DNA of 64,000 nucleotides, from the NCBI GenBank assembly GCA_964606385.1, contig CAZSFZ010000002.1, positions 35,119-99,118 on the forward strand, given 5' to 3'. Below, one piece after another: positions 38,544 to 46,951 of this stretch. The DNA is from an uncultured bacterium (GTDB lineage: Bacteria > Omnitrophota > Omnitrophia > Omnitrophales > Aquincolibacteriaceae). Both the position numbers and the translations under genes were made by a program. The notes beneath the pieces are model-generated. The model ran no database searches. It was not told the DNA's origin and was given only the letters and a program-made list of their open reading frames with translations. Every line of letters starts with the position of its first letter. Positions within the stretch are counted from its first letter, which is position 1.

Positions 38544-38984
38544 CTAAGCTTCAACAACCTGCGTCTTGGCCCAATTATCCGCGAGACGGTGCCCCTTGAC
38601 GATGAGCATCACGATCTCGATCAGATACCCCAGCACCAGCACGAACGGAATGATCAAAAGGATGTTCCTCAAGAAAGCCTGGAGCCAAGTCACTTTCTCC
38701 CCCGTCAAACTGACGATCTTGACCTTAACCATCGCGCGTCCGGGAGAATAAACCGCATCACGGAACATCAACCAAAGGACGTTCACGATCACAAGGACCA
38801 CGCTGCGGACCACATCCGGTGCCGCCAAAAGAACGATGCCGATCACCACACCAAGAACAATGGGAATGACGACCAGATCGATCAGACCTGCCGCAAATCT
38901 TTTTCCCTTACTTGCTGGAACCAATCCGTCCATCTTTGACTCCTTTCGGTTAAGCAATGCGTCCTTAACAAGACATGTTTTCAC
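38544..38984 (-). CDS. RDD-family membrane protein
   Basis: RFAAGLIDLVVIPIVLGVVIGIVL and further TM helices are present. Length is 146 aa. An internal ATG at 38933 is an alternative start. Confidence 0.6.
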   Translation of the reverse strand: MKTCLVKDALLNRKESKMDGLVPASKGKRFAAGLIDLVVIPIVLGVVIGIVLLAAPDVVRSVVLVIVNVLWLMFRDAVYSPGRAMVKVKIVSLTGEKVTWLQAFLRNILLIIPFVLVLGYLIEIVMLIVKGHRLADNWAKTQVVEA

Positions 38985-39069
38985 ATAAAACTCTATAGAG
39001 AAAACATCCGCCTGTCAAAACTTTTTATTACGAACCGTTAGATTAATAACGGCTTCCTCCCCCCGGAGC

Positions 39070-40224
39070 TTAACACGGCAAAGCGTATCTCCCGTCCTGG
39101 TTCCTTCGGACCTTTTTTGTCAATTCCAGCCTCAGGAGGAGGGATGGCAATTTCGAGGATTCAAGACCCGTGAATTCAAGGATCTCCTCCTGGGCAAGTG
39201 GGCCCTCCTCTTTCAAGAGTTCTTCGATCACACAGCCTTCTTCAACGGACAAAGATACTTCCTCTTTTTCCGGAGAGGTAAAAAAACGCGCCTCTGGGTC
39301 GACAGGATCAGAAGTCCCGTGGAGAACGGGCTCCGCTTTGTTTTCGAGCTTTAACCGGTCCGCCAACGCCAAAAGGATATCCTCCGCTGACTCCGCAAGA
39401 CAGGCGCCCTCCTTGATCAGTTGATGCGTTCCACGGGAAGTGAGCTGGTCTACGGGTCCCGGAAGCGCGAATACTTCCCGCCCTTGCTCGACAGCCTGGT
39501 GCGCCGTGATCAGGGATCCGCTCCGCGAGTGGGCTTCCACCACGAAAGTCGCGTACGAGAGACCGGAAAGGATCCGGTTCCGTCGCGGAAAATTTTCCGG
39601 CAGGGGCGGTGTGCCAAGCGGATATTCGCTCAACACGGTTCCCCGTTCCGAAATCCTTCGAGAAAGGTCCTCGTGTTCCTTGGGATAGACAATGTCGAGG
39701 CCGCATCCTAGAACCGCGATCGTACGGCCGTAGGACACCTGCAACGCCGCCTCATGCGCGATCTGGTCGATCCCGCGCGCGAGACCTGAAACGATCGTAA
39801 GGCCCCTTGCCGCCAATTCCTGAGCGAATTTTTTCGCCTGCATCCGGCCGTAGAAACTTGGGTGCCGCGTCCCCACGATCGCAATGGCATTCCGGTCATT
39901 TTCAACAAGCGTTCCTTTTTTATAAAGGAGAAGCGGAGGATCCGGGATCTCTTTGAGGCCTGCCGGATAATCCGGGTCCGTGTATAGAAGAAAACCGATC
40001 CCCTTTTGGGCGCAGAGCTCCGCTTCTTTTTTCGGATCAAAAGAGCCGCCCTCTTTTATCGATACCGGAAGCTCTTTGAGAAGATTCTCTGCCTCCATAA
40101 GCGTGATGATCTCCCGGGCACACTTCCCTTCCGAGAGCCATATCGCCGCTTTTCGTCTTCCGTCGATCCGGAGCCTGTTCAGAATTAAAAAAGCTTTTAT
40201 TTCGTCCGCCTCTGCGTTGGTCAT
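39070..40224 (-). CDS. dprA: DNA processing protein DprA (Smf)
   Basis: The Rossmann core contains AIVGTRHPSFYG, VSGLARGID and HSRSGSLITA. The C-terminus is winged-helix-like. Length is 384 aa. Confidence 0.85.
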   Translation of the reverse strand: MTNAEADEIKAFLILNRLRIDGRRKAAIWLSEGKCAREIITLMEAENLLKELPVSIKEGGSFDPKKEAELCAQKGIGFLLYTDPDYPAGLKEIPDPPLLLYKKGTLVENDRNAIAIVGTRHPSFYGRMQAKKFAQELAARGLTIVSGLARGIDQIAHEAALQVSYGRTIAVLGCGLDIVYPKEHEDLSRRISERGTVLSEYPLGTPPLPENFPRRNRILSGLSYATFVVEAHSRSGSLITAHQAVEQGREVFALPGPVDQLTSRGTHQLIKEGACLAESAEDILLALADRLKLENKAEPVLHGTSDPVDPEARFFTSPEKEEVSLSVEEGCVIEELLKEEGPLAQEEILEFTGLESSKLPSLLLRLELTKKVRRNQDGRYALPC

Positions 40225-40733
40225 GGATGAAATCCGATCAGGGGCTTTTTCCGAACAGGAGGATTTGCCAGCCTCCGAATGGCCTTATAGAGAACCCGAA
40301 AATTAGCGTCATAATTTATCCGCATTTCCTCGATCTTCCGAGATAGATCTTTATGAGTCGCAAGGATCTCTCTTAATTTTACAAACGCTCGGACCACCTG
40401 CAGACTCATCTGAACCGCTAGCTTTGTATTGAGCACGCTCGCCAGCATCATGGCACCATATTCTGTAAAAGCATAAGGAAGCGCTGTTGAAAATTTGAGC
40501 TGCCGGAGGTGGTCGCAATTTGCGACCACCTCCTTCTTTTCTTTTTGAGTCAAACGGAACATAAAGTCCTGCGGAAAACGATCTTTATTCCTGCGCACTT
40601 GTTCATTGAGCCGCTTGGTGCTAACCCCATAAAGACCCGCAAGGTCAGCATCCAACATAACCTTTTGTCCTCGAAGGAATAGGATTGTTCCGAAGATTCT
40701 TTCGAAGGGGATAGGGCTGTTTTGTCTTTTCAT
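40221..40733 (-). CDS. ORF6N-domain (KilA-N-like, phage antirepressor-type) protein
   Basis: RGQKVMLDADLAGLYGVSTKRLNEQVRRNKDRFPQDFMFRLT is the ORF6N signature. The gene is ~45% GC versus ~58% for its neighbours, and an AT-rich 90-bp spacer lies upstream. Confidence 0.7.
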   Translation of the reverse strand: MKRQNSPIPFERIFGTILFLRGQKVMLDADLAGLYGVSTKRLNEQVRRNKDRFPQDFMFRLTQKEKKEVVANCDHLRQLKFSTALPYAFTEYGAMMLASVLNTKLAVQMSLQVVRAFVKLREILATHKDLSRKIEEMRINYDANFRVLYKAIRRLANPPVRKKPLIGFHP

Positions 40734-40823
40734 GAATATAAACTAATAAAATATTGATAAAAATGCAATAATTATTTTTTAAAACACCCATGAAAAGCGC
40801 TCTATTAGATGGATTGCAGAAGA

Positions 40824-41921
40824 TTACTTCGCGCCGGCGAGGCGGAGGATCGTGCGGACGTTCTCGAGAGGAATGTTCTTTTCGACGGTGACTTTGCCGA
40901 TCCGGCGCGGCAGGACAAAACGCAGGGCCCCCCGGCTTTTTTTCTTATCCGTCATCATGACTTTCAATATGTCCGCGGCTTTCAAATTATACTTTTTAAT
41001 CGAAACCGGAAGCTTCATGGAAACCAAGAGCCTCATCTGACGCCAAGGAAGGTCTTGGGAGCAAAGCCCGAGGTCCGCGGCCAACTGCGCCGCCATCATC
41101 ATGCCGATCGCGACCGCTTCCCCATGCACAAGATCCTGAAAGCGGAGCGCTCCTTCGATCCCATGGGCAAAAGTGTGCCCGTAATTCAGCATGGCGCGTT
41201 GACCTTTTGTTTCGAACTCATCCCGGCTGACCACGCCAGCCTTGGTCTTCGCGCAGGCCAACACGATCTTCTCGGTCGCGCGAATGTCTTTTCGTAAAAT
41301 ATGTTTCGCGTTTTTCTCCAAGAATTTGAAAAGCACCGGATCGCTGATCACGCCGTATTTCACGACCTCTCCCAATGCCGCGCAAAGCTCCCGCGGCGGC
41401 AATGAGCGCAGCGTATCCACGTCCGAGATCACAAGCGCCGGCGGCCAAAAGGCCCCCATAAGATTTTTTCCCTCTTTAAGATCGATCGCGGTTTTTCCGC
41501 CGATCGCGCTGTCGACTTGGGCAAGAAGGGTCGTCGCCACGTTCACATAACGGATCCCGCGCAGATAGACCGCCGCCGCGAACCCCGCGAGGTCACTCAC
41601 GACGCCCCCGCCTACCGCCACGATCCCGTCCCGGCGTTCAAATCCCTTGGCAAGAAGCGCGTACGCAAGGCGGAAAAGTTCCGCGCCTGATTTCGCGATC
41701 TCCCCGTCAGGAAGCGTATGGGAATAGACCTGAAACCCTTTTTTGGAAAGCGAGGCGCTGATCACCTTAAGATAAGGAGCGAGATTTTTCTGGGACACGA
41801 TCATGAGCTTCGCGCCGGGAGTAAAGATCCCGGACGCCAGGGCTCCGGTCCGGGGCAACAAACCCCGGCCGACGCAGATCCCGTAATTCCCTTTCAGGCT
41901 TTTCACCTGGATGGTTTTCAT
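40824..41921 (-). CDS. aroB: 3-dehydroquinate synthase
   Basis: The NAD-binding motif GGGVVSDLAGFAAAVYLRGIRYVNVATTLLAQVDSAIGGK is present. Length is 365 aa. Confidence 0.9.
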   Translation of the reverse strand: MKTIQVKSLKGNYGICVGRGLLPRTGALASGIFTPGAKLMIVSQKNLAPYLKVISASLSKKGFQVYSHTLPDGEIAKSGAELFRLAYALLAKGFERRDGIVAVGGGVVSDLAGFAAAVYLRGIRYVNVATTLLAQVDSAIGGKTAIDLKEGKNLMGAFWPPALVISDVDTLRSLPPRELCAALGEVVKYGVISDPVLFKFLEKNAKHILRKDIRATEKIVLACAKTKAGVVSRDEFETKGQRAMLNYGHTFAHGIEGALRFQDLVHGEAVAIGMMMAAQLAADLGLCSQDLPWRQMRLLVSMKLPVSIKKYNLKAADILKVMMTDKKKSRGALRFVLPRRIGKVTVEKNIPLENVRTILRLAGAK

Positions 41922-42442
41922 GTTCTTGTCCTCAACATCTCCTGGATCTCTCCTGCCACATCTTCTGCGATCTTGCCGTCCGTCAACACGGAAAAATGAC
42001 AGGCGTTTTCATAAAAAATTTCCCGGTCGCTCAGGATCTGTTTCAACGCCCCGAACGGGTCCGGCTTATTCAGAAGCGGCCGGTCTTTGGAATACCGCAC
42101 CCTTTGCCACAAGGATTCCGCCGTCGCTTTAAGGAGCACCACTTTCCCGGTCTTCTTCATGCGCCGCACATTCTCTTCGCGAAGCACGATACCGCCGCCC
42201 GTCGCGACCACCTGGCCTTTTTGTTTGGAGATATGCTCCAGGACCTGGGACTCCACATCCCGGAAATAGGGCTCTCCTGATGACGCAAAGATCTCGGGGA
42301 TCGTCCGTTTTTCCTTGGCCTGGATCTCGGCATCGAGATCCACGAACCGGAAGCCCAGCCGAGCCGCCAGATCTTCCCCGGTCACGGTCTTGCCGGACCC
42401 CATCATGCCGATCAGATAGACGTTGTCAGTACCGTTATTCAT
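41918..42442 (-). CDS. aroK: Shikimate kinase
   Basis: The P-loop reads YLIGMMGSGKTVTG. Length is 174 aa. No SD precedes the ATG. Confidence 0.85.
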   Translation of the reverse strand: MNNGTDNVYLIGMMGSGKTVTGEDLAARLGFRFVDLDAEIQAKEKRTIPEIFASSGEPYFRDVESQVLEHISKQKGQVVATGGGIVLREENVRRMKKTGKVVLLKATAESLWQRVRYSKDRPLLNKPDPFGALKQILSDREIFYENACHFSVLTDGKIAEDVAGEIQEMLRTRT

Positions 42443-42465
42443 AGATAAATACGGGTTAACGGTAC

Positions 42466-42504
42466 GACACTGTGAACCCTTAAAATGAATCGCAACACAG
42501 TGTC
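42466..42504. repeat. Third copy of the loop-motif hairpin (CCTTAAAATGAAT), overlapping the aroC stop codon
   Basis: A 9-bp perfect stem (gacactgtg/cacagtgtc) encloses the loop aacccttaaaatgaatcgcaa. The motif lies ~33 nt upstream of the aroK ATG. Confidence 0.6.
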
Positions 42505-43621
42505 AGGCACGGATCTGTTTTAAATAACCTTCGTAATTGCGGCGGATCTCACGGACGGAATCGCCGCCGAATTTCTCAAGAAAGGCATCAGCCAGCGTAT
42601 AAGCTACGAGCGCTTCCCCGATCACACTCCCCGCCGGTACCGCGCAGGAATCGCTGCGTTCAAAGTCCGCCTTTTCCATCTTCTTGGTTCTCATGTTCAC
42701 CGAAGCGAGCGGCTTCGCGAGCGTCGAGATCGGTTTCATCGTGAGACGGACCACCAGATCCGCCCCGTTGGTCATGCCCCCTTCAAGACCGCCGGCATGG
42801 TTCGTTTTATGGAAATAGCCGCGAGCTTTTCCGTAGAAGATCTCGTCATGCGCTTCGGAACCCGGAATGCCGGCCAGCGCCACACCTTCCCCGATCTCCA
42901 CCGCCTTGGCGGATTGCTGGCTCATCAGGATCATGGCAAGCCGCGCGTCGAGCTTTCTTTCAAAATGGACATAAGAACCCAGGCCGATCGGAAGTCCCGT
43001 GGCACGGACTTCATATTTTCCGCCCAACGAATCCCCGTGCTTCATGGCTTTTGTGATCGCCTGCATCATGGCTTTTTCGGTTTTTCTGCAAACGCAGCGA
43101 ACGGGAGAATCCTTGGTCCCCTGGCGGATCTCCGCCACGGAAATATCGCACGCGGGAAGCGAGACGGAACCGATCTGGACCACATGCGCCGCGATATCGA
43201 TCCCAAACGTTTTGAGCAGAAGCTTGCAGGCCGCGCCGACCGCGACACGCATGGACGTTTCACGGGCACTTGAGCGCTCCAGCACCGCGCGAATCCCCTG
43301 ATCGTATTTCAGGGCACCGGCGAGGTCCGCGTGCCCCGGACGGGGACGGAAAAGCTCCGGCATCTCTTCGATCTTGAAATCCTTATTCGTCAGAAGGAAT
43401 CCCAACGGCGCGCCGGTCGTGACCTTTTTGATCACGCCGCCCATGATCTCCACAGCATCCGTTTCGATCTTCTGCCTGCCCCCGCGGCCGTAACCTCCCT
43501 GGCGGCGGCGCATCTCCGCGTTGATAAAATCCAGGTCGAGCGCGAGGCCGCTCGGAAACCCTTCCAAAATAGCGGCCATGTAATGGCCGTGCGATTCTCC
43601 CGTTGTGATGTATCGAAGCAT
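42503..43621 (-). CDS. aroC: Chorismate synthase
   Basis: MLRYITTGESHG...RPGHADLAGALKY...GGRSSARET matches chorismate synthase. Length is 372 aa. Confidence 0.9.
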   Translation of the reverse strand: MLRYITTGESHGHYMAAILEGFPSGLALDLDFINAEMRRRQGGYGRGGRQKIETDAVEIMGGVIKKVTTGAPLGFLLTNKDFKIEEMPELFRPRPGHADLAGALKYDQGIRAVLERSSARETSMRVAVGAACKLLLKTFGIDIAAHVVQIGSVSLPACDISVAEIRQGTKDSPVRCVCRKTEKAMMQAITKAMKHGDSLGGKYEVRATGLPIGLGSYVHFERKLDARLAMILMSQQSAKAVEIGEGVALAGIPGSEAHDEIFYGKARGYFHKTNHAGGLEGGMTNGADLVVRLTMKPISTLAKPLASVNMRTKKMEKADFERSDSCAVPAGSVIGEALVAYTLADAFLEKFGGDSVREIRRNYEGYLKQIRA

Positions 43622-43622
43622 C

Positions 43623-44435
43623 TTAGTGAACTCCGTAGGTTTTTGCTAAAAATCGGAGGACTTCATCCCCCATCATGAACATGAACGCCCCGGCCAGCGC
43701 CAGGAAAGGGCCGAACGGGATCGTTTCCTCTTTTTTCACAAAACGCTGCCAAAGCGCGAACGGCAAAGCCGGAAAAGGCGCCAGAAGGAACACCAGGCCC
43801 ACTTTGGTCACGCCGATAAAAGCGCCGATCATGGCAAGAAGCTTCACGTCGCCGCCGCCCATACTGTCTTTTTTGAAAGCCAGCTTCCCCAGCCATCCAA
43901 CCAAAATCAGGATCCCGCCCCCGGCGACAAGGCCGGCCAGGGAGGCAATAAACTTTTGATACCAAAGCGCCTGTTCAAAATGCCCGTGCCCGGTAACGCT
44001 CAGAGCAAGTCCGGCGATCATCCCGCCGATCGTGATCTCGTCCGGGATCAGGCCGGTCTCAAAATCCGTCATGGTCGCCACGATGATCATGGCGAAAAAG
44101 ATACAAGAAGACACGAACTCCGCCGACAGGCCGTACTGCCGCCACAAAAGCCACGCGATCAGGGCCGCGGTCAACTCTACCAGAAAATAGCGGAACGCGA
44201 TCGGGCGGCGGCAACGGAAACATTTACCCTGAAGCAAAAGATAGCTCAAAAGCGGAATGTTTTCATACCAGGGGATCTTGGCTTTGCAATGCGGACAAAA
44301 AGACCTCGGGACAACGACCGAAAGATCGCGCGGCATCCGGTGAATGCACACGTTCAGGAAGCTCCCCACGACGGCCCCCATGACAAAAACGAACCATGGT
44401 GTTATCGGGTCCATATTATTCCCCTTTTCCTGCAA
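43623..44435 (-). CDS. Prepilin (type IV leader) peptidase, A24 family
   Basis: An N-terminal zinc-ribbon-like segment (CPHCKAKIPWYENIPLLSYLLLQGKCFRC) is followed by multiple TM helices and the catalytic motif DFETGLIPDE. Length is 270 aa. An alternative start lies at 44414. Confidence 0.8.
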   Translation of the reverse strand: MQEKGNNMDPITPWFVFVMGAVVGSFLNVCIHRMPRDLSVVVPRSFCPHCKAKIPWYENIPLLSYLLLQGKCFRCRRPIAFRYFLVELTAALIAWLLWRQYGLSAEFVSSCIFFAMIIVATMTDFETGLIPDEITIGGMIAGLALSVTGHGHFEQALWYQKFIASLAGLVAGGGILILVGWLGKLAFKKDSMGGGDVKLLAMIGAFIGVTKVGLVFLLAPFPALPFALWQRFVKKEETIPFGPFLALAGAFMFMMGDEVLRFLAKTYGVH

Positions 44436-45297
44436 GCGCTTGAAGCAACGCCTTACGCATGACTTCGACCGGTGCCCTCTTCCCTGTCCAGTGTTCCAAG
44501 GCGCGGGCCCCCTGATAAAGCAGCATCCCGAGCCCGTTCAAGGTTTTATGCCCTTTCCTCTTCGCTCCACGAAGAAAAGGCGTCATCGCCGGATTGTAGA
44601 TCAGGTCCATGAAAAATATTTTTTTCGTGCTGCGGCGGGGGATCCATGCGTCCGGCATCACCCGCGGATCCCTGGGCTTGAGTCCCAACGGCGTCGCATT
44701 AATGATAACATCGGCTTTTTGAACGGCCTCCTTGACCTCCTCCGTTCCGGCCAAAACAGCCCTGAAAAGCACCTTTTTAAATAGCTTACGCATGTCCTGA
44801 GCGATCTTTCGCGCTTTTTCAGGAAAACAGTCCGTGATCAGGACCTCCCGAGCGCCCTCCCGCGCAAGACCGTAAACAACCGCCCGTGCCGCGCCGCCGG
44901 CCCCAAGCACCACGGCCCGCTTCCCCGCCGGACGGAACCCGCCGTCCTTCATGAGCGCGAGAAGGAAACCTTCCATGTCGGTATTTGTTCCGACCCATCG
45001 CTTCCCGCTCTTGAAAACCGTGTTCACCGCGCCGATCGCCCGGGCTTCCGGCCGTACCTGATGCAGATACTTCAGGACGGTTTCTTTATAGGGCACCGTC
45101 ACATTGAAACCGGAAAGAACGAGCTTCGAGGCCTGCTTCATGAGTTTTTTAAAAGCGGCGGGTGCGAGGTCCAGGACGATGTAGTTCGCGTCGATCCCGA
45201 GCTTCCGGAACGCGGCCTCGTGCATGAAGGGTGACAGCGTATGAGAAAGGGGGTGACCGAAGATCCCGTAAAGTTTGAAGGACTTTACCGTTTTCAC
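44416..45297 (-). CDS. aroE: Shikimate dehydrogenase
   Basis: The N-terminus has the shikimate-binding motifs YGIFGHPLSHTLSP and SGFNVTVPYK and the central NADP motif reads GAGGAARAV. Length is 293 aa. Confidence 0.85.
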   Translation of the reverse strand: MKTVKSFKLYGIFGHPLSHTLSPFMHEAAFRKLGIDANYIVLDLAPAAFKKLMKQASKLVLSGFNVTVPYKETVLKYLHQVRPEARAIGAVNTVFKSGKRWVGTNTDMEGFLLALMKDGGFRPAGKRAVVLGAGGAARAVVYGLAREGAREVLITDCFPEKARKIAQDMRKLFKKVLFRAVLAGTEEVKEAVQKADVIINATPLGLKPRDPRVMPDAWIPRRSTKKIFFMDLIYNPAMTPFLRGAKRKGHKTLNGLGMLLYQGARALEHWTGKRAPVEVMRKALLQALAGKGE

Positions 45298-46841
45298 ACC
45301 GGAGAGGGCTGGCTCGGGGCCCGTTGGGAATTCGCCGAAACTTTATTGAGCGCGAAAAGATACGCCCGGACGCTGGCCTCAATGATATCGGTGCTTGTGC
45401 CGCGGCCGGTCACTTCTTTAGAACCGATCTCCAATTTGACCAGCACTTCGCCCAAAGCGTCCTTACCGCCCGTGACCGATTGAAGGCCGTAATGGATCAA
45501 TTTAGCCTTGGAGTTCACGATCTTTTCGATCGCTTTATAACAGGCATCCACGGGACCGTCCCCGGTCGAGGTCGCCTCTTTGACTTTACCTTCATACGAA
45601 AGCTTGATCTGGGCGCAGGGCTTCGAACCGGTCTCCGAGACGACTTTCATGGACACCAGTTTCCACGTCTCCGGGATCTTGGCGATCTCGCTTTGCAGGA
45701 TCGCCTCGAGGTCCTCGTCAAAAATATATTTTTTCTTGTCCGCCAGGGCCTTGAATTGGACGAATGCCTGATCGAGCTCCTTGGGCGCCAAACGGAACCC
45801 GAGTTTTTTCACGCGAACTTCAAACGCATGTTTTCCGGAAAGTTTTCCGAGCATCAGCTGGCTCCCCGAAAGCCCGATCTTTTTTGGATCCATGATCTCG
45901 TAGGTCTGGCGTTTCTTGAGCACGCCGTCCTGATGGATCCCGGAAGCGTGCCAAAAGGCGTTCCGCCCGACGATCGCCTTGTTGGGCTGGACGACCATAC
46001 CCGTCAAGTTGGACACCAAGCGCGACGCCTTCGTGATCTCCGAAAGCTTGATGTCTGTATAACAGTGCATGAAATCCGGACGCGTATCGATCGTCATGGC
46101 GATCTCTTCGATGGAGGCGTTCCCCGCCCGTTCGCCGATGCCGTTCACGGTACATTCGACCTGGTTCGCTCCGGCCAACACCGCGGCTAGGGAATTCGCG
46201 GTCGCGAGCCCGAGATCGTTGTGGCAGTGGACTGAAAGCACGACCCTTTTGCCGAGGCCCGGGTTTTTCTTGATCAGGAACCGGATCAACTCCGTGAATT
46301 CCTGCGGCACGGTATACCCCACCGTATCGGGGATATTGATCGAAGTCGCTCCGGCGTGGATCGCGGCCCGGACCGTTTCGGCCAAAAACTCACGCTCAGT
46401 ACGGGACGCGTCCTCGGGAGAAAATTCGATATATTTGAAATCCTTGGCGGCGGATTTGATCTGCTGCTCCACCATCGCAAGGATCTCTTTTTTGTTTTTC
46501 TTGAGCTTGAACTCGCGATGGATCTGCGAGGTCGCGAGAAATACATGAAGGCGTTTTTTCGCCGCGCCCTCGAGCGCCCTGCGGCAGGCATCGATATCCC
46601 TCGGGATCATCCTGGAAAGACCGCAGATCACGGGTTTGCGCACACTTTCCGCGATCATCGAGACGGCCTTCATCTCTCCCGGCGAGGAGGCCGGAAAACC
46701 CGCTTCAATCACATCGACATTCAGCCGCTCAAGCTGGCGCGCGATCTTCAGCTTCTCGTCGGGCGTGAGCGATGCCCCGGGCGACTGTTCGCCGTCCCTG
46801 AGCGTGGTGTCGAATATATATATCTTACGTTTGTTTTTCAT
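45294..46841 (-). CDS. leuA: 2-isopropylmalate synthase
   Basis: The TIM barrel has IFDTTLRDGEQSPG and HCHNDLGLA motifs. A C-terminal LeuA regulatory domain is present. Length is 515 aa. Confidence 0.9.
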   Translation of the reverse strand: MKNKRKIYIFDTTLRDGEQSPGASLTPDEKLKIARQLERLNVDVIEAGFPASSPGEMKAVSMIAESVRKPVICGLSRMIPRDIDACRRALEGAAKKRLHVFLATSQIHREFKLKKNKKEILAMVEQQIKSAAKDFKYIEFSPEDASRTEREFLAETVRAAIHAGATSINIPDTVGYTVPQEFTELIRFLIKKNPGLGKRVVLSVHCHNDLGLATANSLAAVLAGANQVECTVNGIGERAGNASIEEIAMTIDTRPDFMHCYTDIKLSEITKASRLVSNLTGMVVQPNKAIVGRNAFWHASGIHQDGVLKKRQTYEIMDPKKIGLSGSQLMLGKLSGKHAFEVRVKKLGFRLAPKELDQAFVQFKALADKKKYIFDEDLEAILQSEIAKIPETWKLVSMKVVSETGSKPCAQIKLSYEGKVKEATSTGDGPVDACYKAIEKIVNSKAKLIHYGLQSVTGGKDALGEVLVKLEIGSKEVTGRGTSTDIIEASVRAYLFALNKVSANSQRAPSQPSPV

Positions 46842-46879
46842 ATTCGTTTTTGATCATTGCTGACCCGTCCAACTTGAAA

Positions 46880-46945
46880 CGGGGCCATGGGCCACGTCTT
46901 CCGGGCCACGAAAACGCTTTTTCGTGGTCCGTGTCCCGTGGCCCT
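46880..46945. repeat. GGGCCACG/CGTGGCCC-based repeat cluster with a hairpin, in the ilvC-leuA spacer
   Basis: A GGGCCATGGCCC palindrome is followed by GGGCCACG repeats in both orientations. A 12-bp hairpin (ggccacgaaaa-cgct-ttttcgtggtcc) and gtgtcccgtggccc follow; on the plus strand the outer arms GGGCCACG (46903-46910) and CGTGGCCC (46937-46944) pair and are followed by TTTTAATTT. A 16-nt block (gggacacggacCacg) is shared with the rsmA insertion. Confidence 0.6.
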
Positions 46946-46951
46946 TTTAAT

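Noticed and set aside
40791-40830. Short ATGAAAAG-initiated plus-strand ORF in the AT-rich spacer
   Set aside because: It is antisense to the end of aroB and encodes a low-complexity, Arg-rich product. The resemblance to the ORF6N start is likely coincidental in AT-rich sequence.
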